Source: Bacillota bacterium (GTDB taxonomy: Bacteria > Bacillota > Limnochordia > Darwinibacteriales > DTU012). Taken from it: a DNA stretch of 64,000 nucleotides. Positions within the stretch are counted from its first letter, which is position 1; each line of letters begins with the position of its first letter. A program made the position numbers and the translations under genes. This document shows, one piece after another, positions 50,313-60,220 of this stretch. The notes under the pieces are model-generated. The model had not been told where the DNA came from. It worked only from the letters and a program-made list of their open reading frames with translations, and ran no database searches. The DNA lies in assembly GCA_012520795.1 (NCBI GenBank), contig JAAYNP010000005.1:11050-75049 (forward strand). Reading direction: 5' to 3'.

Positions 50313-51227
50313 CTAACTTCCTCCATCCATCATTCTACCGGCTACAGAACGTGCGGGCTTGCGAATCGCTGTTTCCAGCACAGGTACATTGGAAACAGCC
50401 TCTAAAAAGGCTTCCTGATTATCTTCAGAAGGAATCATGACCATCACCAGTTTCCCTGACTGGGGATCACGCCGGACAAGAGGCGTGTATTCCTGCTCGC
50501 CAACGTCCATGTATACTCCTACCATGGCGGCGGCATCGTGGGCAATTGCCTGCATTTGGCCGATGTTGGCCAGTGTTGCTTTGGCATCTACATCCCTTGG
50601 GATAATCTCCACTGCCACCGCCTGTTTAAGGTACCGCTGTCTTGCATCAGTCAAACCAACATTCATTACGTTGACGCCTCCAACCACCAGAATTGGGCCG
50701 TCAAAATTGATGTCCGTCATTTTCACATCGGCAATATCCCCAATCGACGGGCCCCGCATTAGCCGGTTCAACAGCCCTGCAGCAAGAACCCCCGCCGCCA
50801 GGGCTGCTGAAATCTGGACCCACAACCCAAACTGATGTGCAGCCTCTGAGACGACTCCTGCAGTAAATGCTGTCCAAATTGCCAGGTAGTTTCTGGCTTC
50901 GAACACGCGGGCAATCCCTTCAATATAAGCGGTGCCCCTCATCACCAATTCAGTATGCTCAAGCTTCTCCAAGGAACTGCGCTCAATATTGCGCACCTCG
51001 CGAAACTGAGATGCAGCCATCAACAAAAACGAAACTGCTGCGAACTCTGCTTCGATAAGCGAAGGCACGAGGATTGCCCCTAACAGGGCACCGATAAACC
51101 CGATAAATAGGTGAATTGCCCACCCTTGAGGATAACTCGGGTACTGCCGGTAATCCCGGCGCAGCATATATAACCGGGCCATAAGACCGGAAAAGGTGGC
51201 AACGACTATTGTGAGCAGATACTGCAT
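50313..51227 (-). CDS. YIEGIA-family protein (endospore-former specific, membrane N-terminus)
   Basis: Contains the eponymous TAYIEGIARVF motif and N-terminal TM helices. Confidence 0.6.
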   Translation of the reverse strand: MQYLLTIVVATFSGLMARLYMLRRDYRQYPSYPQGWAIHLFIGFIGALLGAILVPSLIEAEFAAVSFLLMAASQFREVRNIERSSLEKLEHTELVMRGTAYIEGIARVFEARNYLAIWTAFTAGVVSEAAHQFGLWVQISAALAAGVLAAGLLNRLMRGPSIGDIADVKMTDINFDGPILVVGGVNVMNVGLTDARQRYLKQAVAVEIIPRDVDAKATLANIGQMQAIAHDAAAMVGVYMDVGEQEYTPLVRRDPQSGKLVMVMIPSEDNQEAFLEAVSNVPVLETAIRKPARSVAGRMMDGGS

Positions 51228-51245
51228 AATGCATCACCCAAATAT

Positions 51246-52379
51246 CTATTCTTCTTGATCTTGTTCCCGGTTCTCTCCTGCATATTCCCTCCGAAAAAAT
51301 GAAGTTAGCGATTTGACACCCTGTTTGTTGATTGCCAGATAACCAATAATCGCACCGACAGCAATCATAACAATCCAGGCTATGCTTCTCCAGGCAACCG
51401 GCCCGCTTTGCTGCGCTTCCTGCCGGGCTGTACCTGGGCTTGACAAACCTGCAGCAGCAGGGATAATCTCTGCAAAGAACTGGGCAGCCTGCTCCGCCAA
51501 TTCCAGTGGGTTGGTGTGGGCGCCAAATTCCAACAGAATCATCCGCGGCCCCAAGTCCTGGTTATAATCACCCCGGGCGTCAAAGATCCCCTCGATAATC
51601 CCTGGGTACTTCTCATCGGCAACCGCCTTGATCCGCATGGCATATTCAAGGTTCATATCCCGGTTTTCATTCTGTCTGCCGACAACAATCCGCACTTTTG
51701 TGGCCATCTTGCCTTCGATCTCAGTTTCGTATACTTCGGGCGGAGTAGCGTCCCGGTGGACATCGATCAGCGTTCCCGGTTGGTGTTTCATCAGTTCCAT
51801 GGCTGTACGCCGTGATCGAACATAAGCTTCACCGTCGTGGGGCAGATGGCTGTTATCGGACCAAAAGGTCTTATAGCCCAAATTCTCCAAAGCGTTCGCT
51901 AGGGCTTTGCCTACCGCCATAATGTCACCCTCTGTCTTGGATTCCACACCACTGGTTGGCACATACGACTCTGCGTTGTGCGTATGGTAGATGCCAATGG
52001 CATTCCACTGTTCATTGTTTCCAGCCTTGCGGGCCGCAGTTTGGAACAGCCGCTGCCAGAAACTGGGTGCGGCAGCGGATGCAGTAAGACTCCCTACATC
52101 GGGGAGTTCGATCGTTTCTTTTCGCTCAACTGTAATCAGATCATCAACTACAGCCACTACTTCATAACGCTGATTGTCAGCTGCAATATAAGAATCTCCC
52201 CGATCCAGGATCCTGGCCGCGTATGTAATTACCTCACCTTGGGAATCCTGAATCGTGAAATATCCTCCATCGTTTCGTTCATACAAACCGCTGTCCAGCC
52301 ATGATGCCTTCGCACTGGAACCGGCTCCAAAAACAAAAACAAAAATAAGGAACGTCATCAGAACAAGCTTATGCTTCAA
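51246..52379 (-). CDS. spoIIP: stage II sporulation protein P (SpoIIP)
   Basis: Signal/TM segment, YHTHNAESY motif, and SpoIIP amidase-like domain. TTG start overlaps the upstream stop. Confidence 0.8.
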   Translation of the reverse strand: MKHKLVLMTFLIFVFVFGAGSSAKASWLDSGLYERNDGGYFTIQDSQGEVITYAARILDRGDSYIAADNQRYEVVAVVDDLITVERKETIELPDVGSLTASAAAPSFWQRLFQTAARKAGNNEQWNAIGIYHTHNAESYVPTSGVESKTEGDIMAVGKALANALENLGYKTFWSDNSHLPHDGEAYVRSRRTAMELMKHQPGTLIDVHRDATPPEVYETEIEGKMATKVRIVVGRQNENRDMNLEYAMRIKAVADEKYPGIIEGIFDARGDYNQDLGPRMILLEFGAHTNPLELAEQAAQFFAEIIPAAAGLSSPGTARQEAQQSGPVAWRSIAWIVMIAVGAIIGYLAINKQGVKSLTSFFRREYAGENREQDQEE

Positions 52380-53089
52380 TCATAACCTTCCTTTCCTTTA
52401 CCATCGTTCTGACTTTGCTGTCCTTCCGTTTGGAGAAATTCCTCGTTATGCAAGAGCAATTGCCCTTCTCTTTGTTCAGGCCCTCCCTGCAAACGTTCCC
52501 TTGTTTCGCCCACAAGCTCCGCCAAAAGGACGGCAGCTATTCCCGCGATCACCACAGTATCAAAAATGCCCGCTCCTCCAATGGCAACCGTGGAAGGCAT
52601 TCCCATCACGAAAGCGCGGGCCATATGGATGACATCCGTGAGTATAATCCCGAGAGTACCAGCAATGAACGCACTTTTTCTCGATCGGCCAGCCAAGTAA
52701 CCCACCACACCGGCAACAATGGCAAACAGCCACATGGGATCAATCAATGTGCGGTCAGTCGGGCCAAATTCGGTCAGCTGACTGATGCCAAAGACAACGC
52801 CTGTCGTCGCCAAAGCCGCCGCAATCCCGCGAACCCGCTCTTTGACAGTATCTGTGCGCAATAACAGATAGATGCAAAGTGCAAACGGAACCAGTGCACC
52901 TCCTACATTGACGCTCAACTCAACTGCGCCTTGATAAAGAGGAATATCGATAAAACTGCCTCCGATCATCAAACCAATAAACAATAAGGCTTGACCGTCC
53001 GTCAAGCGCATCCGGTCCAATACTCTCTGAGCAGCACCAAAATAAATCAAAGCTGCTGTAATCAACAGCAAAAGCATACCTGTCGGCAT
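52376..53089 (-). CDS. DUF1614-family membrane protein
   Basis: Polytopic membrane protein. AGGAGGG SD precedes the ATG at 53089. Confidence 0.5.
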   Translation of the reverse strand: MPTGMLLLLITAALIYFGAAQRVLDRMRLTDGQALLFIGLMIGGSFIDIPLYQGAVELSVNVGGALVPFALCIYLLLRTDTVKERVRGIAAALATTGVVFGISQLTEFGPTDRTLIDPMWLFAIVAGVVGYLAGRSRKSAFIAGTLGIILTDVIHMARAFVMGMPSTVAIGGAGIFDTVVIAGIAAVLLAELVGETRERLQGGPEQREGQLLLHNEEFLQTEGQQSQNDGKGKEGYD

Positions 53090-53162
53090 AACATCCCTCC
53101 TGCTTTCCAATCTATGGCTATTCTTCCCTTGCAGGCAAACCAATATGTAATCCGCGCCGGGA

Positions 53163-53195
53163 AAGAAAAAAGGCCTTGTCCAATGGACAAGGCCC
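53163..53195 (-). terminator. terminator for rpsA (minus strand)
   Basis: GGCCTTGTCC-N-GGACAAGGCC followed by TTTTTTCTTTC on the minus strand. Confidence 0.75.
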
Positions 53196-53219
53196 TCAAA
53201 ATCCTGCTTTTATGATGCT

Positions 53220-54728
53220 TTACTGGTTTTTAAACAAATCGCCAAACATGTCGCCTATATTGGTAGTCAGTTCCTCATCTGCAGGCGCTTCTTCAACTTT
53301 CTCCTGCTTCTTGGCCTCCTTGCTTGCTTCTGGTTTCGGTTCAAGTTCCCGCAAACTCAATCCAATCCGTTTGGCTTCACGATCAACATTGATCACTTTA
53401 ACCTCTACCTGATCGCCTGCTTTGACTACATCCTCAGTCTTGGCGACATGGCGGTGAGACAGCTGAGAGATATGGATCAGGCCTTCAACGCCGTCTTCCA
53501 GCTTTACAAAGGCACCAAAATCTACCGTTCGTGTAACCTCCCCGCTGACTTTGTCGCCAACATGATACCGTTCCTCGATTGATTCCCAAGGATCCGGCAA
53601 TGTCTGCTTCAATCCCAGTGAGATCCTCTCTTCTTCCTTATCCAAGGACAAAACCATTACTTTAATCCTGTCGCCCTCGGAAACAACACTGGAAGGATGC
53701 TTGACACGGCTGTGCGCCATTTCGGATACATGGAGCAGGCCCTCAATACCATTGCCAACATTTACAAACGCGCCAAAATCTGTTATTCTCTGGACGACAC
53801 CTTCAACGATCATGTTTTCTTCAAGTCTGTCAAACACTTCTTCTTTGGCCTTTTGGTATTCTTCTTCCAGGACTTCTTTGCGGGACAAGACCACGTTATT
53901 TTTCTGCCGATCTAATTCAATAATCTTCAGCTTCATCGTCTGGCCTACATATTTGTCCAACTTGTCAACATAATTGCGGGAAACATGGCTCGCAGGAATG
54001 AAGCCCCGCACGCCCAAGTCTACCAGCAATCCCCCTTTGACGACCTGGGTTACTTCAGCAGTGATCGGCTCTCCTGCAGCATGAAGGCGTTCCAGCTCGC
54101 TCCAAGCCTTGTGCATGTCAGCCCTGCGCTTAGAAAGCACCACATTGTCTTCCGCATCATCCACTTTCAGAATCCAGACGTCAATTTCCATATCCTCGGC
54201 AAAAACATCGGCAGGCTGCTGGTTAGGTTTCAAACCCATTTCATTCAAGGGAATCCTGCCTTCAGATTTATAACCTATATCTACTAGCACCTCATCGGAA
54301 CCAACTTGAACCACTCTGCCCGTTACGATCGTGTTTGGTACCGGTGTAGGTACATCGGAATATTCCTCCATGATTTGCTCTGAAACATCCTCAGCAGGTT
54401 CCTGTGCTTCTGGTGGATCAGTTGACTCCTCTCTTGCGCCTTCGGTGGCCGCACCCGGTTCCGGTTCGCCAGTTTCGGCTTCGTCCTCAGCAACAGGTTC
54501 CTGTGGAGTGAGTGCCGGTTCAGAAATGTCGGTTTCTGCTTCCACCCCCGGTTCTTCACCTGGACTATCTGCTTCAGGTTGGGCACCTGCAACTGAATTG
54601 ACTCCAGCCTCGGAAGCCTCCTGTTCTACAGTTTCCATCTCAGTTTCTAGTGCCGCAGTTTCTTGTTTTGGTTCTTCCTGGTCTGCTGGACCATTCACTA
54701 GCACTTTCTCGTCTGTAAATTCGCTCAT
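53220..54728 (-). CDS. rpsA: 30S ribosomal protein S1 with ~140 aa acidic N-terminal extension
   Basis: Four S1 domains (GRVVQV.., GEPITAEVTQVVKGG.., GVVQRITDFGAFV.., GEVTRTVDFGAFV..). N-terminus is E/P/A-rich low complexity. GAGGGGG SD upstream. Confidence 0.85.
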   Translation of the reverse strand: MSEFTDEKVLVNGPADQEEPKQETAALETEMETVEQEASEAGVNSVAGAQPEADSPGEEPGVEAETDISEPALTPQEPVAEDEAETGEPEPGAATEGAREESTDPPEAQEPAEDVSEQIMEEYSDVPTPVPNTIVTGRVVQVGSDEVLVDIGYKSEGRIPLNEMGLKPNQQPADVFAEDMEIDVWILKVDDAEDNVVLSKRRADMHKAWSELERLHAAGEPITAEVTQVVKGGLLVDLGVRGFIPASHVSRNYVDKLDKYVGQTMKLKIIELDRQKNNVVLSRKEVLEEEYQKAKEEVFDRLEENMIVEGVVQRITDFGAFVNVGNGIEGLLHVSEMAHSRVKHPSSVVSEGDRIKVMVLSLDKEEERISLGLKQTLPDPWESIEERYHVGDKVSGEVTRTVDFGAFVKLEDGVEGLIHISQLSHRHVAKTEDVVKAGDQVEVKVINVDREAKRIGLSLRELEPKPEASKEAKKQEKVEEAPADEELTTNIGDMFGDLFKNQ

Positions 54729-54997
54729 TCTCTCAATAACCCCCTCGATTGCCAGTCCAGAGCAAAGGCTTCCCTCGTACACCAGAACCATAAGCGTAAC
54801 CGACTGCCCCTACCTCGGACAACTTCCACTACGTTTTCTTTTTATTTCAACCTCCGGCTGCCCATCACTGAATAATGACAGACTGTTGACAAGGCTGCCC
54901 GGGTTAAAACACAAAACAAACTTACACTGCTTTTAGTATGTCATCTTTCCCGGAATATTTTCTTAACCGGGAATCATTTCCCTGTTTCAATTCTCGC

Positions 54998-55588
54998 TTA
55001 ATAGCTAAATTCCTGCCGATTGAGAACAGTAAATTGTGCTAAGATCTGATCATTTACGCGGGCCAGTTCTTCTTTAGACACCCTTTTTCCTGCCTCTGGC
55101 CTAATCGGCCGGCCGATCAACACCTCGAGGCCGGGGCGGAGACGATATCTTTTGCTTCTCCGAATCACAATTGGAATGATCGGCGCCTGCGCCCGGCTTG
55201 CGAGCAGTGCTGCCCCGCTGTGCAGCGGCAAGAACTCATCTCCCTTATTACGAGTGCCTTCGGGAAAGATGCCCAACAACTGTCCGGAGCCCAATACTGC
55301 GAGGGCAGATCGGATGGCTGCACGATCAAACTCTCCCCGTTTGACGGGAAAAGCATGCAGTTTCCGGAAAAACCAGCTGGAGATTGGGTTCTTGAACAGC
55401 TCAACCTTGGCCATGAAATGAATAGGCCGCGGCACCGCCACCCCCAAAGGCACCGGATCAAACACGCTGGCATGGTTGGATACTAACACAGCTGCCCCAT
55501 CCGGAATGTTCTCAAGGCCAACCACCTTGAAACGAAAACACAGCTTAATAAGGATAACTGCAAACACTCTAAGGACCTTGTACACCAT
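54998..55588 (-). CDS. plsC: 1-acyl-sn-glycerol-3-phosphate acyltransferase
   Basis: NHASVFDP (HX4D) and FPEGTR motifs. Confidence 0.8.
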   Translation of the reverse strand: MVYKVLRVFAVILIKLCFRFKVVGLENIPDGAAVLVSNHASVFDPVPLGVAVPRPIHFMAKVELFKNPISSWFFRKLHAFPVKRGEFDRAAIRSALAVLGSGQLLGIFPEGTRNKGDEFLPLHSGAALLASRAQAPIIPIVIRRSKRYRLRPGLEVLIGRPIRPEAGKRVSKEELARVNDQILAQFTVLNRQEFSY

Positions 55589-56252
55589 TTTCCCTCCGTA
55601 CTACCAAAGCAAGTACCCGTTCCACCACTTGCTCAATACTAAGATCGGTAGTGTCGATCTCCACGGCATCATCAGCCTTGCACAGTGATGATACTTCCCG
55701 TGTCGAATCAATATGGTCACGCTGCTTAAGCTCAGCGATTACCGCGTCCAATGTCAGCCCATGCCCTTTTTGCATAAACTCTGCCAATCGGCGCCGGGCC
55801 CGCTCCTCAACAGACGCAGAAAGAAAGATCTTTAGATCTGCTTTTGGCAGCACTGTTGTTCCAATATCCCGCCCATCCATTACCACATTGCGGCCTGAAG
55901 CCAGTTTTTGCTGCAACGCCACCATCTCCCGGCGGACCTTGCCGTGGCGTGATACAATTGAAACCAGCTTGCCCACATCAGGGTGACGGATTTTTTCCGT
56001 GACATCTACACCATCAACCAAAACTCGGCATGCAGTTGTACCGGTTCCAGGTTCCAACTGCAAGTCCATTGCTTGTTGAATTCGGAAAACACCCTCCTCA
56101 TCGTGGGGATCTGCTCCCTTTTGCAGGACAAGGTAGGTCAAGGCACGATACATGGCTCCAGTATCAATATAGATAAACCCCAGCCTTTCCGCTGCCAACT
56201 TTGCAATCGTACTCTTTCCTGCACCGGCAGGGCCGTCAATTGCGATCTGCAT
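55569..56252 (-). CDS. cmk: cytidylate kinase
   Basis: IAIDGPAGAGKST P-loop and family-wide similarity. Confidence 0.9.
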   Translation of the reverse strand: MQIAIDGPAGAGKSTIAKLAAERLGFIYIDTGAMYRALTYLVLQKGADPHDEEGVFRIQQAMDLQLEPGTGTTACRVLVDGVDVTEKIRHPDVGKLVSIVSRHGKVRREMVALQQKLASGRNVVMDGRDIGTTVLPKADLKIFLSASVEERARRRLAEFMQKGHGLTLDAVIAELKQRDHIDSTREVSSLCKADDAVEIDTTDLSIEQVVERVLALVVRRENGVQGP

Positions 56253-57342
56253 ACAAAACCTCCCTTAAGGCATGGATAAATCTGCGATTCTGTTCCATGG
56301 CCCCAATTGTAACCCGAATACAGCTCGGCAATCCAAAGGCATCCATTGGGCGGACGATGATACCTCTGATCATCAGCTCATAGTATACTTGCCTGGCGTC
56401 GCGCTCCAAATCCACCAGGACAAAGTTTGTTTCGGTAGGCACAGCTCTCAGATTAAGCATCTCAAACTGTTGGAACAAATACTGCTTGCCCTCTTCATTC
56501 ACGGCTATGCTTCTGCGCAAGTGCTCATGGTCGTCCAAACTTGCGCAGGCAGCAGCTTGAGCCAGCCGGTTAACATTAAAGGGCTCCTTGACCCGCTCCA
56601 TAACATTGATAATTTCCGGTCCGGCAACGCCATAACCTATCCGTAAACCTGCCAGGCCGTAAATCTTAGAAAACGTGCGGGTGATCATCAAGTTAGGGTG
56701 GTGTTTCAAAAGTTCCAATGTCTGCGGGTATGATGGATTGGCAACATACTCGTAATATGCCTCATCGACCACTACTAGAATATGCTCCGGAATCTGGCCG
56801 AGGAACCACTCAAGCTCGGTACTGTCCACAATCGTCCCGGTTGGATTGTTTGGATTGCAGACAAAAACAATCTTCGTCCTGCTGTCAATCTGTGCCGCCA
56901 TGGCCTTCAGGTCGTGGCGGTAATCAGTTAGGGGCACAAAGAGTTTTTCTGCCCCCATCAGATCAGCGACAAAACTATACTCCAAAAATGTTGGATCAGC
57001 AATGATCACATTGTGTAGTTCGGTCAAAAAAGTTTGGGCTATCATCTTGAGAACCTCATCAGATCCGTTGCCAACGATGATCTGCTCCTTCGTCACCCCC
57101 AGGTACCCAGCGAGCTTCTCCCTAAGCACCGTGCAGTGCCCGTCGGGGTAGAGATGCGTGTATGCGGCACTGGCTGTGATTGCTTCTGCTGCCAATCTGC
57201 CCATACCCAGTGGGTTCTCGTTGGAAGCCAGCTTGATCACATCAGTGATCCCGAGTTCCTGCTTGACCTGGTCAATATGTTTTCCCGGCACATAAGGCTT
57301 GATCCGGTCCAGCTGTATTCGATGTTCAATCACTGCTATCAC
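56236..57342 (-). CDS. hisC: histidinol-phosphate / aromatic aminotransferase
   Basis: Class-II aminotransferase with LASNENPLG N-terminus and SKIYGLAGLRIGY PLP lysine region. Confidence 0.8.
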   Translation of the reverse strand: MIAVIEHRIQLDRIKPYVPGKHIDQVKQELGITDVIKLASNENPLGMGRLAAEAITASAAYTHLYPDGHCTVLREKLAGYLGVTKEQIIVGNGSDEVLKMIAQTFLTELHNVIIADPTFLEYSFVADLMGAEKLFVPLTDYRHDLKAMAAQIDSRTKIVFVCNPNNPTGTIVDSTELEWFLGQIPEHILVVVDEAYYEYVANPSYPQTLELLKHHPNLMITRTFSKIYGLAGLRIGYGVAGPEIINVMERVKEPFNVNRLAQAAACASLDDHEHLRRSIAVNEEGKQYLFQQFEMLNLRAVPTETNFVLVDLERDARQVYYELMIRGIIVRPMDAFGLPSCIRVTIGAMEQNRRFIHALREVLYADRN

Positions 57343-57700
57343 CTCTTACAAGATCCGGGCGCAAACTGACTGCTTTGCCAAGATATACGTGCTGGACTTT
57401 GGCTTTGGCCAATTCAGTATGACAATGGATCATCACCCTGATACAGCGGGGCAGGCTGCCGGGAACGGCAATCTCGGTAGCACACATCAACGGCGTACCG
57501 GTCAACCCCATCTCCCGGGCTGCACGGGCAGGAAACGCCTGATCAAGATCAGCTGTGACTGTAAAAAACACGCTGATCAGATCGTCCTCACTAAGCTTGT
57601 TCCGCCGCATGAGCTCATCCAGCAGCACTTTGCAAGCCGCAATGATCTCGTCCGCATCATTGTTGGCAACAGTGACCGCTCCACGAACCGCTCTGACCAA
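57326..57700 (-). CDS. aroH: chorismate mutase AroH-type
   Basis: Close to B. subtilis AroH (VRGAVTV..., CIRVM, HVYLGKAVSLRPDL). TTG start is preceded by GAGAGGGTGG. Confidence 0.8.
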   Translation of the reverse strand: MVRAVRGAVTVANNDADEIIAACKVLLDELMRRNKLSEDDLISVFFTVTADLDQAFPARAAREMGLTGTPLMCATEIAVPGSLPRCIRVMIHCHTELAKAKVQHVYLGKAVSLRPDLVRGDSSD

Positions 57701-57724
57701 AGCAATCGCCACCCTCTCATCTAT

Positions 57725-58972
57725 TCAATTACCCTCAACTGCGGAAAATCCTGCTAAACGCCCGGTGGAAACTGCCGCTTGAAGGTTAAAACCTCCAGTA
57801 ACCCCATCGACATCGATCACTTCCCCGGCAAAATACAAACCCTTAACCAGGCGTGACTGCATTGTCTTCGAGTCAATCTCTCTAACACAGACGCCGCCGG
57901 CTGTAATGATTGCCGCAGACAGAGGTAACGTACCGACGATACCCAGCTTCAATTCTTTAAACAACTTCGCAAGGTTCTGCCGCTCACCCCGGGTTATCTG
58001 ATGGACCGGCTTTTCCGGATCGATGTTGGACAAAGCAACAATTACCGGAATCAAGCTTTTCGGCAGCAGCTGATTGAGACTGTTCTTAAACTGTCTGCGT
58101 TTGACTTGTTCGAAATCACGCTGAATCCGGCGGTCAAGCTGAGTTTCACTCAAGGCCGGCTTCAGATCAATGCTTAAGGTAACACTGCTGCCTTCTCGCA
58201 GCCACAGGGAAACTTGACGAGACAATGTCAGGATTATCGGCCCGGTTACGCCAAAATGAGCAAACTGCATCTCTCCAAATTCACGGATACCACCTTTGGT
58301 ATCGTTTCCCTGTATGATTGTGGCAGCTACATTTTTCAGGGTTAGCCCGGAAACCAGGGACACCCAGGCCTCTTTTACCCTTAAAGGCACCAACGCCGGA
58401 AAAGGAGTTATGATCGTATGCCCAACAGCTGCAGCCAATTCGTACCCGTCCCCGGTAGAGCCTGTCCCGGGATAACTTGCCCCGCCCGTGGCAATAATCA
58501 CCTTGTTTGCCTTATAAAACCCTGTATTTGTCTTTACGCCCTCAATTCTTCCCTGGGATACGCAAAGCTTTACGGCTTTGGTATTGGTTCTAAATTCGAC
58601 ACCGTGCTCTTTGGCATAGCTGATCAAGGCTTCAGCAACCTGATGGGCATTATCCGATTCTGGAAACACGCGCTGCCCCCGTTCAATTTTAACGGAAACT
58701 CCATATCGGGCCACAAACTCGATCAGATCCTGATTGGTAAATCTGGCCAACGCACTGTAGAGGAACTTGCCATTGCCGGGATAGCATGCAATAAATTCGG
58801 CAATGGGCATGGCATTGGTGAGATTACAGCGGCCTTTGCCTGAGATGCGCAGCTTCTTGGCCAAGATATCATTTTTCTCCAGCAGCTCCACCTCGGCACC
58901 GAGTTCAGCTGCAGTCCCCGCAGCCAACAATCCCGCAGCCCCGCCTCCTATCACGATAACCTTATCTGCCAT
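57725..58972 (-). CDS. HI0933/YhiN-family FAD-dependent flavoprotein
   Basis: VIVIGGGAAGLLAAGTAAELGAEV Rossmann start. About 415 aa. Confidence 0.7.
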   Translation of the reverse strand: MADKVIVIGGGAAGLLAAGTAAELGAEVELLEKNDILAKKLRISGKGRCNLTNAMPIAEFIACYPGNGKFLYSALARFTNQDLIEFVARYGVSVKIERGQRVFPESDNAHQVAEALISYAKEHGVEFRTNTKAVKLCVSQGRIEGVKTNTGFYKANKVIIATGGASYPGTGSTGDGYELAAAVGHTIITPFPALVPLRVKEAWVSLVSGLTLKNVAATIIQGNDTKGGIREFGEMQFAHFGVTGPIILTLSRQVSLWLREGSSVTLSIDLKPALSETQLDRRIQRDFEQVKRRQFKNSLNQLLPKSLIPVIVALSNIDPEKPVHQITRGERQNLAKLFKELKLGIVGTLPLSAAIITAGGVCVREIDSKTMQSRLVKGLYFAGEVIDVDGVTGGFNLQAAVSTGRLAGFSAVEGN

Positions 58973-59693
58973 GGCGGCCCACCGCCTGCTTTAGTTCCCG
59001 CACTTCCCCGCCTGTCAGGCGGCGGCAGGCTCCAGGTGCAAGGCTGCCCAACTTGATGGGGCCGATTTGTGTACGGATCAACCGCTTGACTGGAAAACCA
59101 AGTGCCTGGCACATCCGGCGGATTTGCCGGTTGCGGCCTTCCCTGATCCCAACTCTGAGAAGACTGCCGGTTGGTTCGCTTGACAGCAGTTGAACATATG
59201 CGGGACTGGTTGGGCCGTCCTCAAGTTCCACACCTTTGCGCAGCTTCTCCAGATCAGAAGCCGTAACTTGCCCGGCAACCTTCACCATATAAAACTTGGG
59301 CACCTGATAGCGGGGGTGCATCAACCTGTTGGCCAACCTGCCGTCATTTGTCAGGATCAGCAGCCCCTCAGAATCATAGTCCAATCTTCCCACGGGATAG
59401 ACGCGCTCCGATACCGCTTGTAAAAACTCCATCACCGTTCTGCGGCCTCTGTCATCCCTGACAGTTGTTAGAACCCCCCGGGGTTTATGCAATATGTAGT
59501 AGGCATGCTGCTCCGGCCCATGGATCAGCCGGCCGTCGACCGCTACCAGATCCGATGCTGGATCAACTTTGATGCCCAGCTCCCGTACCACTTCCCCATT
59601 GACAGCAACCCTTCCTGCCAAAATTAGTTCTTCAGAAGCTCGCCGCGATGCGACGCCCGCCCGGGCCATCAACTTATGCAGTCTTTCTTTCAT
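58962..59693 (-). CDS. rluB: 23S rRNA pseudouridine synthase RluB-like
   Basis: S4 domain (RLHKLMARAGVASRRASEELI) and RsuA/RluB catalytic core (HRLDYDSEGLLILTNDG). GAGGAGG SD upstream. Confidence 0.8.
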   Translation of the reverse strand: MKERLHKLMARAGVASRRASEELILAGRVAVNGEVVRELGIKVDPASDLVAVDGRLIHGPEQHAYYILHKPRGVLTTVRDDRGRRTVMEFLQAVSERVYPVGRLDYDSEGLLILTNDGRLANRLMHPRYQVPKFYMVKVAGQVTASDLEKLRKGVELEDGPTSPAYVQLLSSEPTGSLLRVGIREGRNRQIRRMCQALGFPVKRLIRTQIGPIKLGSLAPGACRRLTGGEVRELKQAVGRHGR

Positions 59694-59747
59694 CAACAAC
59701 TGCCTCCTCATACACCTGATCATACCTGAGGTCATCTATTTTTACAA

Positions 59748-59773
59748 GAAAAAAAGAGGGGGATTCCCCTCTT
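59748..59773 (-). terminator. terminator for ytfJ (minus strand)
   Basis: AGAGGGG-N-CCCCTCT followed by TTTTTTT on the minus strand. Confidence 0.7.
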
Positions 59774-59799
59774 AGTTATCACTTTTCAAGTTTCACAGG

Positions 59800-60216
59800 T
59801 TAAATCTCATATGCTGTCTGATTCGAAATCGTCTGAGCAGCGTTGCGTTTTCCGCTTCGGATCTGATCAATCACCTTTGGTACCATGTCCAGCAGCCGGT
59901 CATAAATCGCACTGTTGTCTACAGGCAGCAGGCGCACCTGGTTGTTTCCCACTACTAAAAATGCTACTGGATTCAACGATATCCCTCCGCCGCTGCCTCC
60001 GCCAAAGGGCAATTCACCATCGGATTTGTCTTCGCTTTTACTCTCGAATTCTGTTCCGCCTGCAGCAAAACCAAAACTTACTCTGCTTACGGGAACAATG
60101 ATGTGGCCATCGGGAGTTTCCACCGGGTCACCCAATATCGTATTAACATCCACCATTGCTTTGAGGCTTTCCATCGCCGTTTCCATTAGAGCTTCGATTG
60201 GATGGTTTTCTCCCAA
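59800..60216 (-). CDS. ytfJ: sporulation protein YtfJ/GerW
   Basis: HPIEALMETAMESLKAMVDVNTILGDPVETPDG family signature. Confidence 0.75.
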   Translation of the reverse strand: MGENHPIEALMETAMESLKAMVDVNTILGDPVETPDGHIIVPVSRVSFGFAAGGTEFESKSEDKSDGELPFGGGSGGGISLNPVAFLVVGNNQVRLLPVDNSAIYDRLLDMVPKVIDQIRSGKRNAAQTISNQTAYEI

Positions 60217-60220
60217 ATAA

